Part shown: positions 8,921-18,884 of the stretch, in pieces
Position numbering within the stretch: position 1 is the stretch's first letter
Layout of the letters: each line of letters begins with the position of its first letter
Source of the DNA: Clostridiales bacterium
Lineage (GTDB): Bacteria; Bacillota; Clostridia; Christensenellales; UBA3700
NCBI GenBank assembly: GCA_014799645.1
Contig: JAAVHQ010000001.1
Span: 30,009 to 62,930, forward strand
Direction of reading: 5' to 3'
Length of the DNA stretch: 32,922 nucleotides
Made by a program: the position numbers and the translations under genes
The notes under the pieces: model-generated
Told to the model about the DNA's origin: nothing
What the model saw: the letters and a program-made list of their open reading frames with translations, nothing else
Databases searched by the model: none

Positions 8921-10065
8921 TGAAAGAGACCCTTGTTGCACTTATAGACGATATTTCAAATATAGAAAAACATTTTTATATTCCCTCAATGCCAGCGGGG
9001 GCATTTGCCGTTCCAGTAGAGCAAATTAGCAATAGTCAGGAATTTCAATTATGGAGACAGAAAGTTTTACGTGAGTTGCATGAACTCTATTCTGTACATG
9101 ACAAAGACAAATTTCTAAAAGGGACAATTGAAGCTTTGACAAAAGATTTCAATACTTGGCAAGAACGAAAAGATTTTAATAATCTTAAAGCCAAATTGCT
9201 GGCGATACTAGATAATATCGATGTTTATTATGCGCCTGCAGTAGAAAAAGAGAATCTTGATAAACCTGCAATGATTTTTATCAGTCATTCAACAAAAGAT
9301 AAAGAATATGCGACAGCGTTAGTTAATTTGTTTGAGAGTATGGGATTAGATGAAGATACTGTTTTTTGTAGTTCAGTTCCAGGCTATGATGTAAAATTGG
9401 GAAATGACATATATGAACATCTAAGAAATTTATTTCAGACAAGAGATTTACATATTGTATATATGTTATCTAAGAACTTTTATAATAGTCCTGCAAGTTT
9501 AAATGAAATGGGGGCTGCATGGGTACTTAAAAATGAAGTTACATCTATATTGTTGCCTGGATTTAGTTTCGATGAAATGAAAGGAGTAGTGGATAATCGA
9601 GAAATAGCTATAAAACTAGATGTCGATGAAATAGAATTAAAGGACAAGCTTAATCAGTTATATGAAACAATAATTAACGAGTTTAAGTTGAAGAAAAAAA
9701 GTAGTACACTTTGGGAATGTAAACGTGATTCTTTCATAAAAAGAGTTGTAGGTATACATGGAAGCGTAGAATCCAAAGTGGCTAAGGCAGAGATATTAAG
9801 CAAAGAAGCAGAGGAGATTTTAAAGAATGCTATTCAGAGTTATGATGCACAAATTATTGTTGCTCATTATATAACTGGTGGGAAATGTATTCAAGTAGGC
9901 TGTAAAAGCTATTCGGAATCAATGGGAGCAAGGGAATTTAGTAAATGGGACGCGGCATTTGATGAATTGTTAAGAATCGGATATGTTAAGGCGATTGGAA
10001 CGAAGGGGTCTGTTTTCCAGGTTACAAATGCTGGGTTTAAATATATTGAGGAGAAAGTTAAATAG
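8920..10065 (+). CDS. TIR-domain protein with N- and C-terminal extensions
   Basis: IFISHSTKD, VFCSS.PGY, LSKNFYNSPASLNEMGAAW (catalytic-type Glu); start overlaps the upstream stop as TGATG. Confidence 0.85.
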   Translation: MKETLVALIDDISNIEKHFYIPSMPAGAFAVPVEQISNSQEFQLWRQKVLRELHELYSVHDKDKFLKGTIEALTKDFNTWQERKDFNNLKAKLLAILDNIDVYYAPAVEKENLDKPAMIFISHSTKDKEYATALVNLFESMGLDEDTVFCSSVPGYDVKLGNDIYEHLRNLFQTRDLHIVYMLSKNFYNSPASLNEMGAAWVLKNEVTSILLPGFSFDEMKGVVDNREIAIKLDVDEIELKDKLNQLYETIINEFKLKKKSSTLWECKRDSFIKRVVGIHGSVESKVAKAEILSKEAEEILKNAIQSYDAQIIVAHYITGGKCIQVGCKSYSESMGAREFSKWDAAFDELLRIGYVKAIGTKGSVFQVTNAGFKYIEEKVK

Positions 10066-10075
10066 GAGATTGATT

Positions 10076-11011
10076 ATGGGTAGATTAATTGAAGATAAGT
10101 ATAGAGCTTGGGAAGAAGAGTGCGAGCAACGATTTAATCAACTCAAGGCAAACGAGGAGGAACTCAACCGTATTTTCATTGAGATTTATGGTCTACAAGA
10201 TGAGCTTACTTCCGAAGTAGAAGATAAGGATATAACAGTGCGCAAAGCTGATTTGCAACGTGAGATTAAGTCACTAATCTCCTATCTTATAGGTGTTGAG
10301 TTTGGTAGGTATTCTCTTGATGTGGAAGGGCTTGTGTATGCGGGCGGAGAATGGGATAGTTCTAAGTACACTACATATATTCCTGATGAAGATGGAATTG
10401 TTATGGTGTATTCTAAACTTGGTATGCAAGATGGACTGGCAGCGCGTATTATTAAATTAATAAAGCATATCTATGGGGAAGATACATATCGTCAAAATAT
10501 AGATTTTATAGCAGAAGCGCTTGGTAAAAAACAGAATGAAGCATCCGAAGAGACATTAAATCGGTATATTTGTGATGATTTCTATACTGACCATTTAAAG
10601 ATTTACCAAAAGCGTCCTATCTATTGGATGTTTTCAAGTGGCAAAAATAGTGGTTTCAAATGTTTGATTTATATGCATAGGTACAATGAAGATACAGTTG
10701 CGAGAATCAATGCAAAGTATTTTCTTCCAGAATCCACTAGATTAAAGAATGAACTTGACGAAATTGAAATAGCGGTGGAAGGCAGTGAAGGACGAGATAA
10801 GATCCGATTGGATAAAGAGCGATCCAAGATAGCCGCTGCTTATAACGAAGCAATTGAATATGGTCAAATACTCGATAATATAGCAAATCAATATATTAAA
10901 ATTGATTTAGATGATGGAGTTAAAGTAAACTATGAAAAATTCCAAAATATAGAGATTGTAACTGACGGTGGAACGAAAGTTAAAAAGAACTTGCTAGTTC
11001 CTATTAAGTAA
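10076..11011 (+). CDS. pglX: PglX C-terminal part, translated separately
   Basis: SD AGGAG 10064-10068 and ATG 10076; RFNQLKANEEELNRIFIEIYGL, FGRYSLD, YQKRPIYW, IDLDDGVKVNY. Confidence 0.9.
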   Translation: MGRLIEDKYRAWEEECEQRFNQLKANEEELNRIFIEIYGLQDELTSEVEDKDITVRKADLQREIKSLISYLIGVEFGRYSLDVEGLVYAGGEWDSSKYTTYIPDEDGIVMVYSKLGMQDGLAARIIKLIKHIYGEDTYRQNIDFIAEALGKKQNEASEETLNRYICDDFYTDHLKIYQKRPIYWMFSSGKNSGFKCLIYMHRYNEDTVARINAKYFLPESTRLKNELDEIEIAVEGSEGRDKIRLDKERSKIAAAYNEAIEYGQILDNIANQYIKIDLDDGVKVNYEKFQNIEIVTDGGTKVKKNLLVPIK

Positions 11012-11021
11012 GAGGTGTATA

Positions 11022-13544
11022 ATGGCAAATATCGATTATCAAGAAGCGATAAAAGAGATAGAGAAGATTTTTCGCGCAGATATTTTAACGCGAAAGATAG
11101 TTTTTTGGTACGATGCTCCTGCTAATTTCAAGGATGATATTGAGACGGCATCGTTTGATTTCTGTAGGCTTTTGGTGTGTCAAAATAATGAATTCGCTAT
11201 AAAGAAAACTATAGAGAAAGATGACACCACAAGCAACATACTTGTCTATATTCCTTCTGAAAAACCGAAGGATACTGAAAATTGGCTTTTGGATATTTTG
11301 ATGTACAGCGAGGAATATTACGCAGATACTGTTGCGCTTACTATGCGCCATCTTGGACTTTCAAATCCAGACTTACGCAAAGTAATAGAAAAGCATACAA
11401 AGTTTTTTGATAGTTCACAAAGAAACAGAAAACTTGAGAATTATGTTTCATTAAATGATGGGATGACTACAAATAATTTTATGCTTGCTATGATATCGGT
11501 ATTAGTAAAATCATCTGTTCGTTCCATAGAGGCTATTTTGACAGAACTTGTTTTTGACAATAGTGATCATTCTAAGTATAAAGAACTTTGCAAGTTTGGT
11601 TTTGAGGATTATCTATGGGATGAAATTGCAAAAGAGTATGATTATTCCGGAGATCAAAAAATAGATAGTCTCATCAAGAAATTTTTGTTTACAGCTATGC
11701 TTGAACAAGATATGCAGCTTGGGACATTGCCGTCATTTTATAAGCAATTTATAATTGATGGAGAAGGAAAAAATGGCGCAAAGAGTTTTGTGCACCATAT
11801 TAAGCAAGATCCACGTTATAGAGAACTGCAACTCAACGTCGCAACAGATCTTAAAATTGATGGGCTTTTGGTGGCAAGAGATGCTAGTTGTATTGGGACG
11901 AGCGATATATTCGAGTGTATTGAGAGTTGCGTGATAAAGAAAGTGTCTGCGAGCTTGGTGAGTGGTAGCCTTGATTATGATGCGTTTGTTAAGATAATTA
12001 ATGATAGAAACAACTCTATGTGGCAAGCTGAACATAAGGATGAGTATTCTTTTTTACGATCGGCAATAGAGTTTTTGCGTTTAGTGGATGTTTCTATTCC
12101 GCATGATTTGTCAGCTGTAGAATATATTAAACTTTATACTAACATATTATATAAAGTCGATATGAATTATAGGCATCTTTGTATTAGCTATGACAAGATA
12201 GAAAATCCCATTTTTGAAATTGAAGAATTATGTTGTAGAATAGAGTCACATTATGAGCAGAATTATTTGGGAGAACTAGGAAGAGAATTCAGCGCAGCTG
12301 TTTCCAAACAAAATAAATGGGATTTCTCAGGTATTCAAAAAAGTTCGCAGTTCTATCAGCTTATTCAAAGGCAACAATATAAAAAGCAGTTTGTAATCAT
12401 TTCTGATGGATTAAGATATGAAGTTGGATATGAGATTTTCAATAGTATTAAGAATAATTCTGCACTGCGAGGCAAGGTCTCGATAGATTATGCAGTTTCA
12501 CCATTGCCGTCTGAAACAAGATTTGGTATGGCATCGCTACTTCCTCATAAAGAGCTTGCTTATATTGACGGATCCGTTTTAGTTGATGGAAAAGCATCAA
12601 ACTCTTTCGCTGCTCGGAATGAGATTCTAAAAGCGAAAAATGCAGGGCATGCTGCAATCGCATACGAAGAAATCAATCGTTTTACAAGAGACCAACTTCG
12701 TGTATACATGTCAGACAAGTCACTTGTGTATATTTATCATAATGTAATAGATAAAGCAGGAGAGCATAACGAAACAAAGGTGTTTGACGAAACGATAAAC
12801 GCAATTGAAGAAATTACATCACTGGTCAAGAAACTTTATAATAATCTACAGATATCTAATTTCTATATCACAGCAGACCATGGTTTCTTGTATAGACAGA
12901 ATGTAATAGGTGAATCTGAAAAATATAGTAATATAGTTTCGCAAAGTCCTATTGAGGCATCAAAAAGGTATGTGCTTACGGATGACGACAGTATTAGTAT
13001 TCCGTACACAACGGAATTTAGACTCGAAGAAATTCACGGAGATTTGCGAGTAATCAATCCGTATGGATATGACTTATTTAAAACACAAGGAGCAGGCTTA
13101 CAGTATGTTCATGGTGGAGCCTCTTTGCAAGAAACAATTATTCCTATTGTGCACATAAGCGAACTTAATGCGAAGAAAGGCGAAAAATTGTCACGCCCAG
13201 TTGGAGTTCGTTTAAAGAGCGTGACAAGAAAGATTACAAATAGGAGTTTCGCACTTGATTTTGAACAATATGAGAAAGTTGAAGATAAAGTACAAGCGAT
13301 TAATTGTGAAACATATTTCGTAGATGAAAATGGATATAAAGTTTCAGGGGAATATCGTTTTATTGCAAACTCTAGCAGTGATGATATCGCCACAAGGGTG
13401 ACTCGTATTAGGTTCACTCTTAAAAATATAGAATTTGATAGAAACAATCGTTACTATCTTATCTTGCGAAATGTAGAATCGGATAGCGAATATATTGAGA
13501 AAGAACAGTTCACGATTGATATTCTAGGATTTAGAACTTTTTAA
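11022..13544 (+). CDS. pglZ: BREX PglZ phosphatase/nuclease-fold protein
   Basis: IVFWYD, IISDGLRYE, LPSETRFGMASLLP, TADHGF, YVHGGASLQE. Confidence 0.95.
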   Translation: MANIDYQEAIKEIEKIFRADILTRKIVFWYDAPANFKDDIETASFDFCRLLVCQNNEFAIKKTIEKDDTTSNILVYIPSEKPKDTENWLLDILMYSEEYYADTVALTMRHLGLSNPDLRKVIEKHTKFFDSSQRNRKLENYVSLNDGMTTNNFMLAMISVLVKSSVRSIEAILTELVFDNSDHSKYKELCKFGFEDYLWDEIAKEYDYSGDQKIDSLIKKFLFTAMLEQDMQLGTLPSFYKQFIIDGEGKNGAKSFVHHIKQDPRYRELQLNVATDLKIDGLLVARDASCIGTSDIFECIESCVIKKVSASLVSGSLDYDAFVKIINDRNNSMWQAEHKDEYSFLRSAIEFLRLVDVSIPHDLSAVEYIKLYTNILYKVDMNYRHLCISYDKIENPIFEIEELCCRIESHYEQNYLGELGREFSAAVSKQNKWDFSGIQKSSQFYQLIQRQQYKKQFVIISDGLRYEVGYEIFNSIKNNSALRGKVSIDYAVSPLPSETRFGMASLLPHKELAYIDGSVLVDGKASNSFAARNEILKAKNAGHAAIAYEEINRFTRDQLRVYMSDKSLVYIYHNVIDKAGEHNETKVFDETINAIEEITSLVKKLYNNLQISNFYITADHGFLYRQNVIGESEKYSNIVSQSPIEASKRYVLTDDDSISIPYTTEFRLEEIHGDLRVINPYGYDLFKTQGAGLQYVHGGASLQETIIPIVHISELNAKKGEKLSRPVGVRLKSVTRKITNRSFALDFEQYEKVEDKVQAINCETYFVDENGYKVSGEYRFIANSSSDDIATRVTRIRFTLKNIEFDRNNRYYLILRNVESDSEYIEKEQFTIDILGFRTF

Positions 13545-13556
13545 TGGAGGAAGGTT

Positions 13557-15581
13557 ATGGACGCATTAGATAAAAAAGTATTTGAGATATTTTCTGGAAG
13601 AGTTGTGCCTAAAGGCGCAACGAAAAAGATTAAAAATAGCGCAAATGTGCCAACGTATGTTTTGGAATATTTGTTGGGTACATATTGTACTTCTGATGAT
13701 GAGGCAGAAATCGAGGAGGGAATAGAGCAAGTAAAACGCATTCTCTCTGATAATTACGTTCGTCCAGACGAAGCGGAGAAAATTAAGGCAAAAATCAAAG
13801 AAAAAGGTAATCATACAGTTATTGATAAATTGAGTGTAAAACTCAATGAAAGAAATGACACTTTTGAAGCCGATTTTATGTTTCTTGGCATTAATAAAAT
13901 TTATGTTCATCCTAAGTATGTTCGCCAATACGAAAAATTACTTGCGGGAGGCATTTGGTGTATTGTCGATATGTCATACTATTTTAATGAGGACGAAAAT
14001 GCTAGTCCATTTATTATAAATGATATTACGCCAATTCAAATGCCAAATCTTGATAAGAATGAAATTATAGAAGCGAGAAAGCAATTCTCAAAGGAAGAGT
14101 GGATTGATTTTATTTTGCGTTCTACTGGTATGGAACCTACTCAATTTGATTATAGAGTAAAATGGCATCTTCTTGCACGACTTGCTCCTCTAGTCGAAAA
14201 TAATGTCAATCTTTGTGAGTTAGGCCCACGTGGTACGGGGAAGTCACATATTTATAAGGAGCTCTCTCCTAATTCAATTTTGATTTCTGGTGGACAGACA
14301 ACAGTTGCAAATCTCTTTTATAATATGGGTAGAAGGCAAGTCGGACTTGTAGGCTTGTGGGATTGTGTCGCTTTCGATGAAGTTGCTGGTATCAATTTCA
14401 AAGATAAAGATGGCGTCCAAATTATGAAAGACTATATGGCCTCAGGTTCGTTTGCTCGCGGTAAGGATGAAATTCAGGCAAATGCTTCTATGGTTTTTGT
14501 GGGCAATATCAATCAAAGCGTTGATCTGCTTTTGAAAACGTCGCACTTATTCGAGCCGTTTCCAAGTGCTATGATAGATAGCGCTTTCCTTGATCGTATG
14601 CATTGCTATATTCCAGGTTGGGAAATCCCAAAGATGCGACCAGAATTCTTTACTGATAATTATGGATTTATATCAGATTATATCTCTGAATTTTTCCGAG
14701 AAATGAGAAAAGTACCGCAAACCGATGCTTTCGACAAGTATTTTAGGCTTGGCAGATGTTTGAATCAAAGAGATACCATTGCAGTAAGGAAAATGGTGTC
14801 AGGATTGACAAAAATTATTTATCCTGACGGAGTTGTCACGGAGGAAGAAATAGAGGAAATTCTGAAATATGCCATTGAAGGACGAAGACGTGTAAAAGAG
14901 CAACTTAAGAAGATTGGAGGAATGGAATTTTATGATGTCCAATTCTCATATATTCGCAATGCTAATATGGAGGAGTATTTTGTACCTGTCTTAGAGCAAG
15001 GCGGTGGTAAATTGATTTCTGAGGGCGTAGGCAAGCCAGGACATATCTACACGGTTGCAAATGGAAGTAATGGAATGAAAGGACTATTTAAGTTCGAGAC
15101 CACGATAGCAGAAGGTAGCGGTAAATTTGAGGTGACAGGATTGACTAGTTCGCAGGTTGTTAAGGAATCTGTCAAAATTGCTCAAAACTATTTTAAGGCC
15201 AATGCAAAACAAATAAGTCGACTCATATCGTTAGATTCCAAAAACTATGTTATGCAAGTACAGGATTGCCAAGGTGTAGGGCTTGATAGCAACGTCTCAC
15301 TTGCCGTCCTTGTAGCATATTGCAGTTGTGCGTTGAATAAATCTGTGTTGCCGCAGCTTTGTGTTTTGGGTGCTATGAGCATAGGCGGAACAATTAATAA
15401 AGTTGAAGAATTAGCATCTACGTTGCAAGTTTGCTTTGATGCAGGAGCGAAAAAAGTACTGTTGCCAATGAGTAGTGCTATTGATATAGCTACGGTACCG
15501 AGTGATTTATTTGCTAAATTCCAAATATCATTTTATAGTAGTCCCGAAGATGCGGTAATAAAGGCTTTGGGGATAGAATGA
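13557..15581 (+). CDS. brxL: BREX BrxL (AAA+ and Lon-like C-terminal domain)
   Basis: NVPTYVLEYLLG, Walker A GPRGTGKS, AFDEVAG, Lon-like C-terminus. Confidence 0.95.
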   Translation: MDALDKKVFEIFSGRVVPKGATKKIKNSANVPTYVLEYLLGTYCTSDDEAEIEEGIEQVKRILSDNYVRPDEAEKIKAKIKEKGNHTVIDKLSVKLNERNDTFEADFMFLGINKIYVHPKYVRQYEKLLAGGIWCIVDMSYYFNEDENASPFIINDITPIQMPNLDKNEIIEARKQFSKEEWIDFILRSTGMEPTQFDYRVKWHLLARLAPLVENNVNLCELGPRGTGKSHIYKELSPNSILISGGQTTVANLFYNMGRRQVGLVGLWDCVAFDEVAGINFKDKDGVQIMKDYMASGSFARGKDEIQANASMVFVGNINQSVDLLLKTSHLFEPFPSAMIDSAFLDRMHCYIPGWEIPKMRPEFFTDNYGFISDYISEFFREMRKVPQTDAFDKYFRLGRCLNQRDTIAVRKMVSGLTKIIYPDGVVTEEEIEEILKYAIEGRRRVKEQLKKIGGMEFYDVQFSYIRNANMEEYFVPVLEQGGGKLISEGVGKPGHIYTVANGSNGMKGLFKFETTIAEGSGKFEVTGLTSSQVVKESVKIAQNYFKANAKQISRLISLDSKNYVMQVQDCQGVGLDSNVSLAVLVAYCSCALNKSVLPQLCVLGAMSIGGTINKVEELASTLQVCFDAGAKKVLLPMSSAIDIATVPSDLFAKFQISFYSSPEDAVIKALGIE

Positions 15582-15634
15582 TGATTTAATCTAGGGAAGG
15601 TTAAGGAAGAACAAAAGAGGATTAAGGCTGAGGT

Positions 15635-16363
15635 ATGTATAATTTTAAGAATTCAAAATCAAATATAATCAACATATTAAAATCAAAGACTCCAATAGAA
15701 GATAAAGAAAAAATTCCAGCTAATCAAGAATTTACTTATGCCAATGCTGTCAGAACATGGGTAAGTGCAATATTTGTTGATATAAAAAGTTCAAGCGAAT
15801 TATTTAAGAATAGGGATGAGAAATTAGCAAGATTGTTAAGAGCATTTACATCTGAAATTATTACGATTTTTCAAGACTCCAATAACTATAATCAAATAGG
15901 AATTAGAGGCGACTGTGTATATGCAATTTACTCTACTCCCCAAAAGGATGATATTAAAGATGTATTTGATATTGCTGTAAAAACAAATACATTTATGAAA
16001 ATGTTTAACAAATTATTAACAGAGCAAGGTTATAGCAATATTGGAGTTGGCATAGGATTGGGAACTGATAAGCAATTAATTATAAAGGCAGGAAGATCAG
16101 GAACTGGAATAAATGATAAGATTTGGATAGGAGATGCTGTTGTTGATGCCTCGAATTTATCTTCTATAGCAAATAGATACGGCTATAAAAAAATTGCAAT
16201 GAATAGCTGCTTTTACAATAATATTAAAAAGTATTATGAGAAAAAGCCTTGGTTTAATTATATTTCGAATTCAACTTATTATAACGATGGATTTTACGAA
16301 TGCGATATAGTTAACACTGAATTTGATAACTGGATAAAAGGTGGAATGAAAGACAATGTCTAA
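15635..16363 (+). CDS. pycC: Class III nucleotide cyclase, Pycsar PycC-like
   Basis: AIFVDIKSSS, RGDCV, IGVGIG, IWIGDAVVDASNL; overlaps a transmembrane effector gene. Confidence 0.8.
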   Translation: MYNFKNSKSNIINILKSKTPIEDKEKIPANQEFTYANAVRTWVSAIFVDIKSSSELFKNRDEKLARLLRAFTSEIITIFQDSNNYNQIGIRGDCVYAIYSTPQKDDIKDVFDIAVKTNTFMKMFNKLLTEQGYSNIGVGIGLGTDKQLIIKAGRSGTGINDKIWIGDAVVDASNLSSIANRYGYKKIAMNSCFYNNIKKYYEKKPWFNYISNSTYYNDGFYECDIVNTEFDNWIKGGMKDNV

Positions 16364-16859
16364 TGAAAAATTAAATGAAAGTTTGCAAGTAATACAAGGT
16401 CAAATTGAGAAATTTGATAATAAAGCGAGCATTTTAATTGCGATTGTGAGCATAGTATTTGCTATCAGTTTAGAGACGTTAAATGTATTTCAGCAAATAT
16501 TTGTACAAGATATGACACAGAAGATTTTCATTAAATACATATTGGCAATAGTGTTTTTATGTTTTTATTTTACATCTTTTATTCTAGAGATGTTTTTCTT
16601 AATCTTAGTTATTTTTCCTAGGAAAAAGAAAAAGAGTGAGTGTCAGTCACTTTCATATTATTTGGATGTTTCCAAGATGACGAAAGAAGAAATTGAAAAG
16701 CAAGCCAGCGTTATGAATGAATCCGCAATTATAGTGGATCAATTGAGCGTTAATGCAAAAATATGCGCTAAGAAGCACAAGAATTTTGTAATCGCTATAT
16801 GGTTAATGATTCCACTAGTGTTATTTATGATAGCATTAACCTTTTTATCAATAATATAG
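16356..16859 (+). CDS. pycTM: Pycsar transmembrane effector
   Basis: DNKASIL, hydrophobic helices, FPR, ICAKKH and a terminal hydrophobic helix; coupled to the cyclase gene. Confidence 0.8.
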   Translation: MSNEKLNESLQVIQGQIEKFDNKASILIAIVSIVFAISLETLNVFQQIFVQDMTQKIFIKYILAIVFLCFYFTSFILEMFFLILVIFPRKKKKSECQSLSYYLDVSKMTKEEIEKQASVMNESAIIVDQLSVNAKICAKKHKNFVIAIWLMIPLVLFMIALTFLSII

Positions 16860-16874
16860 AATAGGAGAACAATT

Positions 16875-18884
16875 ATGCACATAAGTAAAATAAAAGCGAA
16901 TAACTTTAGAAATTTTTACAACCTAGAAATTGATTTGCATGATGGCTTGAATGTTATTGTAGGACCAAATAATGTGGGAAAAACAAATATTATGAGGATA
17001 ATTAGTTTTTTAGGTTCTGATCCCAATAGTGGCTCTAGCATTGAGGATTTTAATAAATATATATTGTTGCAAGAATTAGAAAGTATTAAAGAGAAGCCAC
17101 CTATCATTGAAATTGAATATACTATAGAACATGATTTGAATTTTGCGGAAGAGGATTCTGCGTTTTCAAAGTTATCAAACATTCTGGTTTTTGATCCAAT
17201 TACAGGAGGACTTGAATACAAAATCGGAGATGAATCAGCTCATTTAGTGGCAAAGGTAGAATTGCGATATGAATATGATTATAAAGAAATTGAAATTTAT
17301 AAGCAGGAAATGAGAAATGCAAATGAATTTAAGGATGTTTATAATGCGCTAAATAAATTGCAGCAAAATTTTAAATGGAATTTTTATAATGTAACATCCA
17401 AGGAGATAATCGATAAAAAATTTATAAATAATATATTTGAAATAGATACAATTGATGCGACAAGAACTATTGATAGATTAACTGATAATTCGAGAAAATA
17501 TATTAATGATAAAGTAAAAGATAAAAAAATAGATGTGTTTTCAATAAAGCAGAAAATTACTGAAACAATTCAAGGCGGATTAGGTGAGGTAAAGAAAGAA
17601 ATAGATAATGATATAAATGAAGATCAGAATCAAATAGGCATTACAAATGGTAAAAATAAATTCGTTTCCAACTTTTTCTTTGAGGGAGAATTGTCAGATT
17701 TTTTCAAATACGAACTAGAGGATGATACGTTTGGATTTTCTTTACCACTAGATCATAATGGGCTTGGATATAATAATTTGATCTATATGAGAAATTTATT
17801 AAAGCAAAAGAGCAAGAATGATTATAATATTATTCTTTTAGAGGAACCAGAAGCTCATTTGCATCCAAATATGCAATATAAATTATTAAAGTATATTGAG
17901 GACTTAAAGGAGCAGGAAACTGAAGAGACTAAAATTAAAAATCAAATTTTTATTACAACCCATTCTTCAAATATTACAGCTACGCTGAATACTAGTAGTA
18001 TTATTCTACTAACAATTGATAGAAGATGCAATCCTCCAATTACTAGATCAACAATTTTATCAAACAACTATAATTATGAAAAAGTAAAAACAAATTTTGA
18101 TGAGAATTTGGATAAAAAAGAAGAAAGAATCAAATTGTTGAAACGTGGTGAAGAACATATTTCTAAGTTTTTAGATGTAACAAGGAGTGATATTTTATTT
18201 TCTGATAAAATCATATTAGTCGAGGGAATTGCTGAGAAATTACTGCTTCCTAAATTTTTTAATACGCTTGTAAATGATCATATTTCTGTAATAGAGCTAG
18301 GAGGAATAAACTTTAATTATTTTTTACCACTAGTATTTAATACTAATAAAAAAATACTATGTATTACTGATAAAGATATAGAAATTATAAATGAGACAGA
18401 TGAAGGGCTAGAGCTTAACGTGGATGATTATAATAATAAGCGGCCGCAAATAGATGAAATGTTTTTGCATCTAGCAGATAAAGTAAAAGTTAATCAACAG
18501 ACGAAGTTTGGTTCTACTTTTGAGAAAGAAATCTTTATTGAGAATTATGATAATGGATTTGAACTATTATTAGGCCTTGTATTGCCAGCTGGATATAATG
18601 AGTTAATAAAACATAAGAGCCTAGTCTACTGGGATATTAACATTGATAAAGAAATTGCTAATGGTCGACAAAAGAAGTTCTTAAAAGATATGATTAATAA
18701 ATATATAAAACTATATGGACAAGTAAGCGATAAATCTTTAGTTGAGAAAATGTTCTTTACAAATTTATTTTATCATTATGTGAAAGACAAAAAGGGAAGT
18801 TTTGCTTTAGACTTGTTTAACAATGTCGATAGAATTAATATTCCAACATATATTAAGGAGGGAATAGAATGGTTGAATTCATAG
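16875..18884 (+). CDS. gajA: OLD-family ATPase-TOPRIM endonuclease, Gabija GajA-like
   Basis: GPNNVGKT, GLGYNN, LLEEPEAHLHP, ITTHS, TOPRIM ILVEGIAE and ITDKD. Confidence 0.85.
   Translation: MHISKIKANNFRNFYNLEIDLHDGLNVIVGPNNVGKTNIMRIISFLGSDPNSGSSIEDFNKYILLQELESIKEKPPIIEIEYTIEHDLNFAEEDSAFSKLSNILVFDPITGGLEYKIGDESAHLVAKVELRYEYDYKEIEIYKQEMRNANEFKDVYNALNKLQQNFKWNFYNVTSKEIIDKKFINNIFEIDTIDATRTIDRLTDNSRKYINDKVKDKKIDVFSIKQKITETIQGGLGEVKKEIDNDINEDQNQIGITNGKNKFVSNFFFEGELSDFFKYELEDDTFGFSLPLDHNGLGYNNLIYMRNLLKQKSKNDYNIILLEEPEAHLHPNMQYKLLKYIEDLKEQETEETKIKNQIFITTHSSNITATLNTSSIILLTIDRRCNPPITRSTILSNNYNYEKVKTNFDENLDKKEERIKLLKRGEEHISKFLDVTRSDILFSDKIILVEGIAEKLLLPKFFNTLVNDHISVIELGGINFNYFLPLVFNTNKKILCITDKDIEIINETDEGLELNVDDYNNKRPQIDEMFLHLADKVKVNQQTKFGSTFEKEIFIENYDNGFELLLGLVLPAGYNELIKHKSLVYWDINIDKEIANGRQKKFLKDMINKYIKLYGQVSDKSLVEKMFFTNLFYHYVKDKKGSFALDLFNNVDRINIPTYIKEGIEWLNS

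Noticed and set aside
7824-10075. Self-splicing intron or intein rejoining the pglX pieces
   Set aside because: No group I/II hallmarks, maturase or intein termini; the intervening DNA is filled by ORFs with their own SDs
9983-10075. Upstream extension of the PglX C-terminal ORF
   Set aside because: Overlaps the TIR gene; the SD and PglX homology support a start at 10076
2003-13928. Many minus-strand ORFs opposite the BREX genes
   Set aside because: Antisense shadows of well-supported genes, with no motifs
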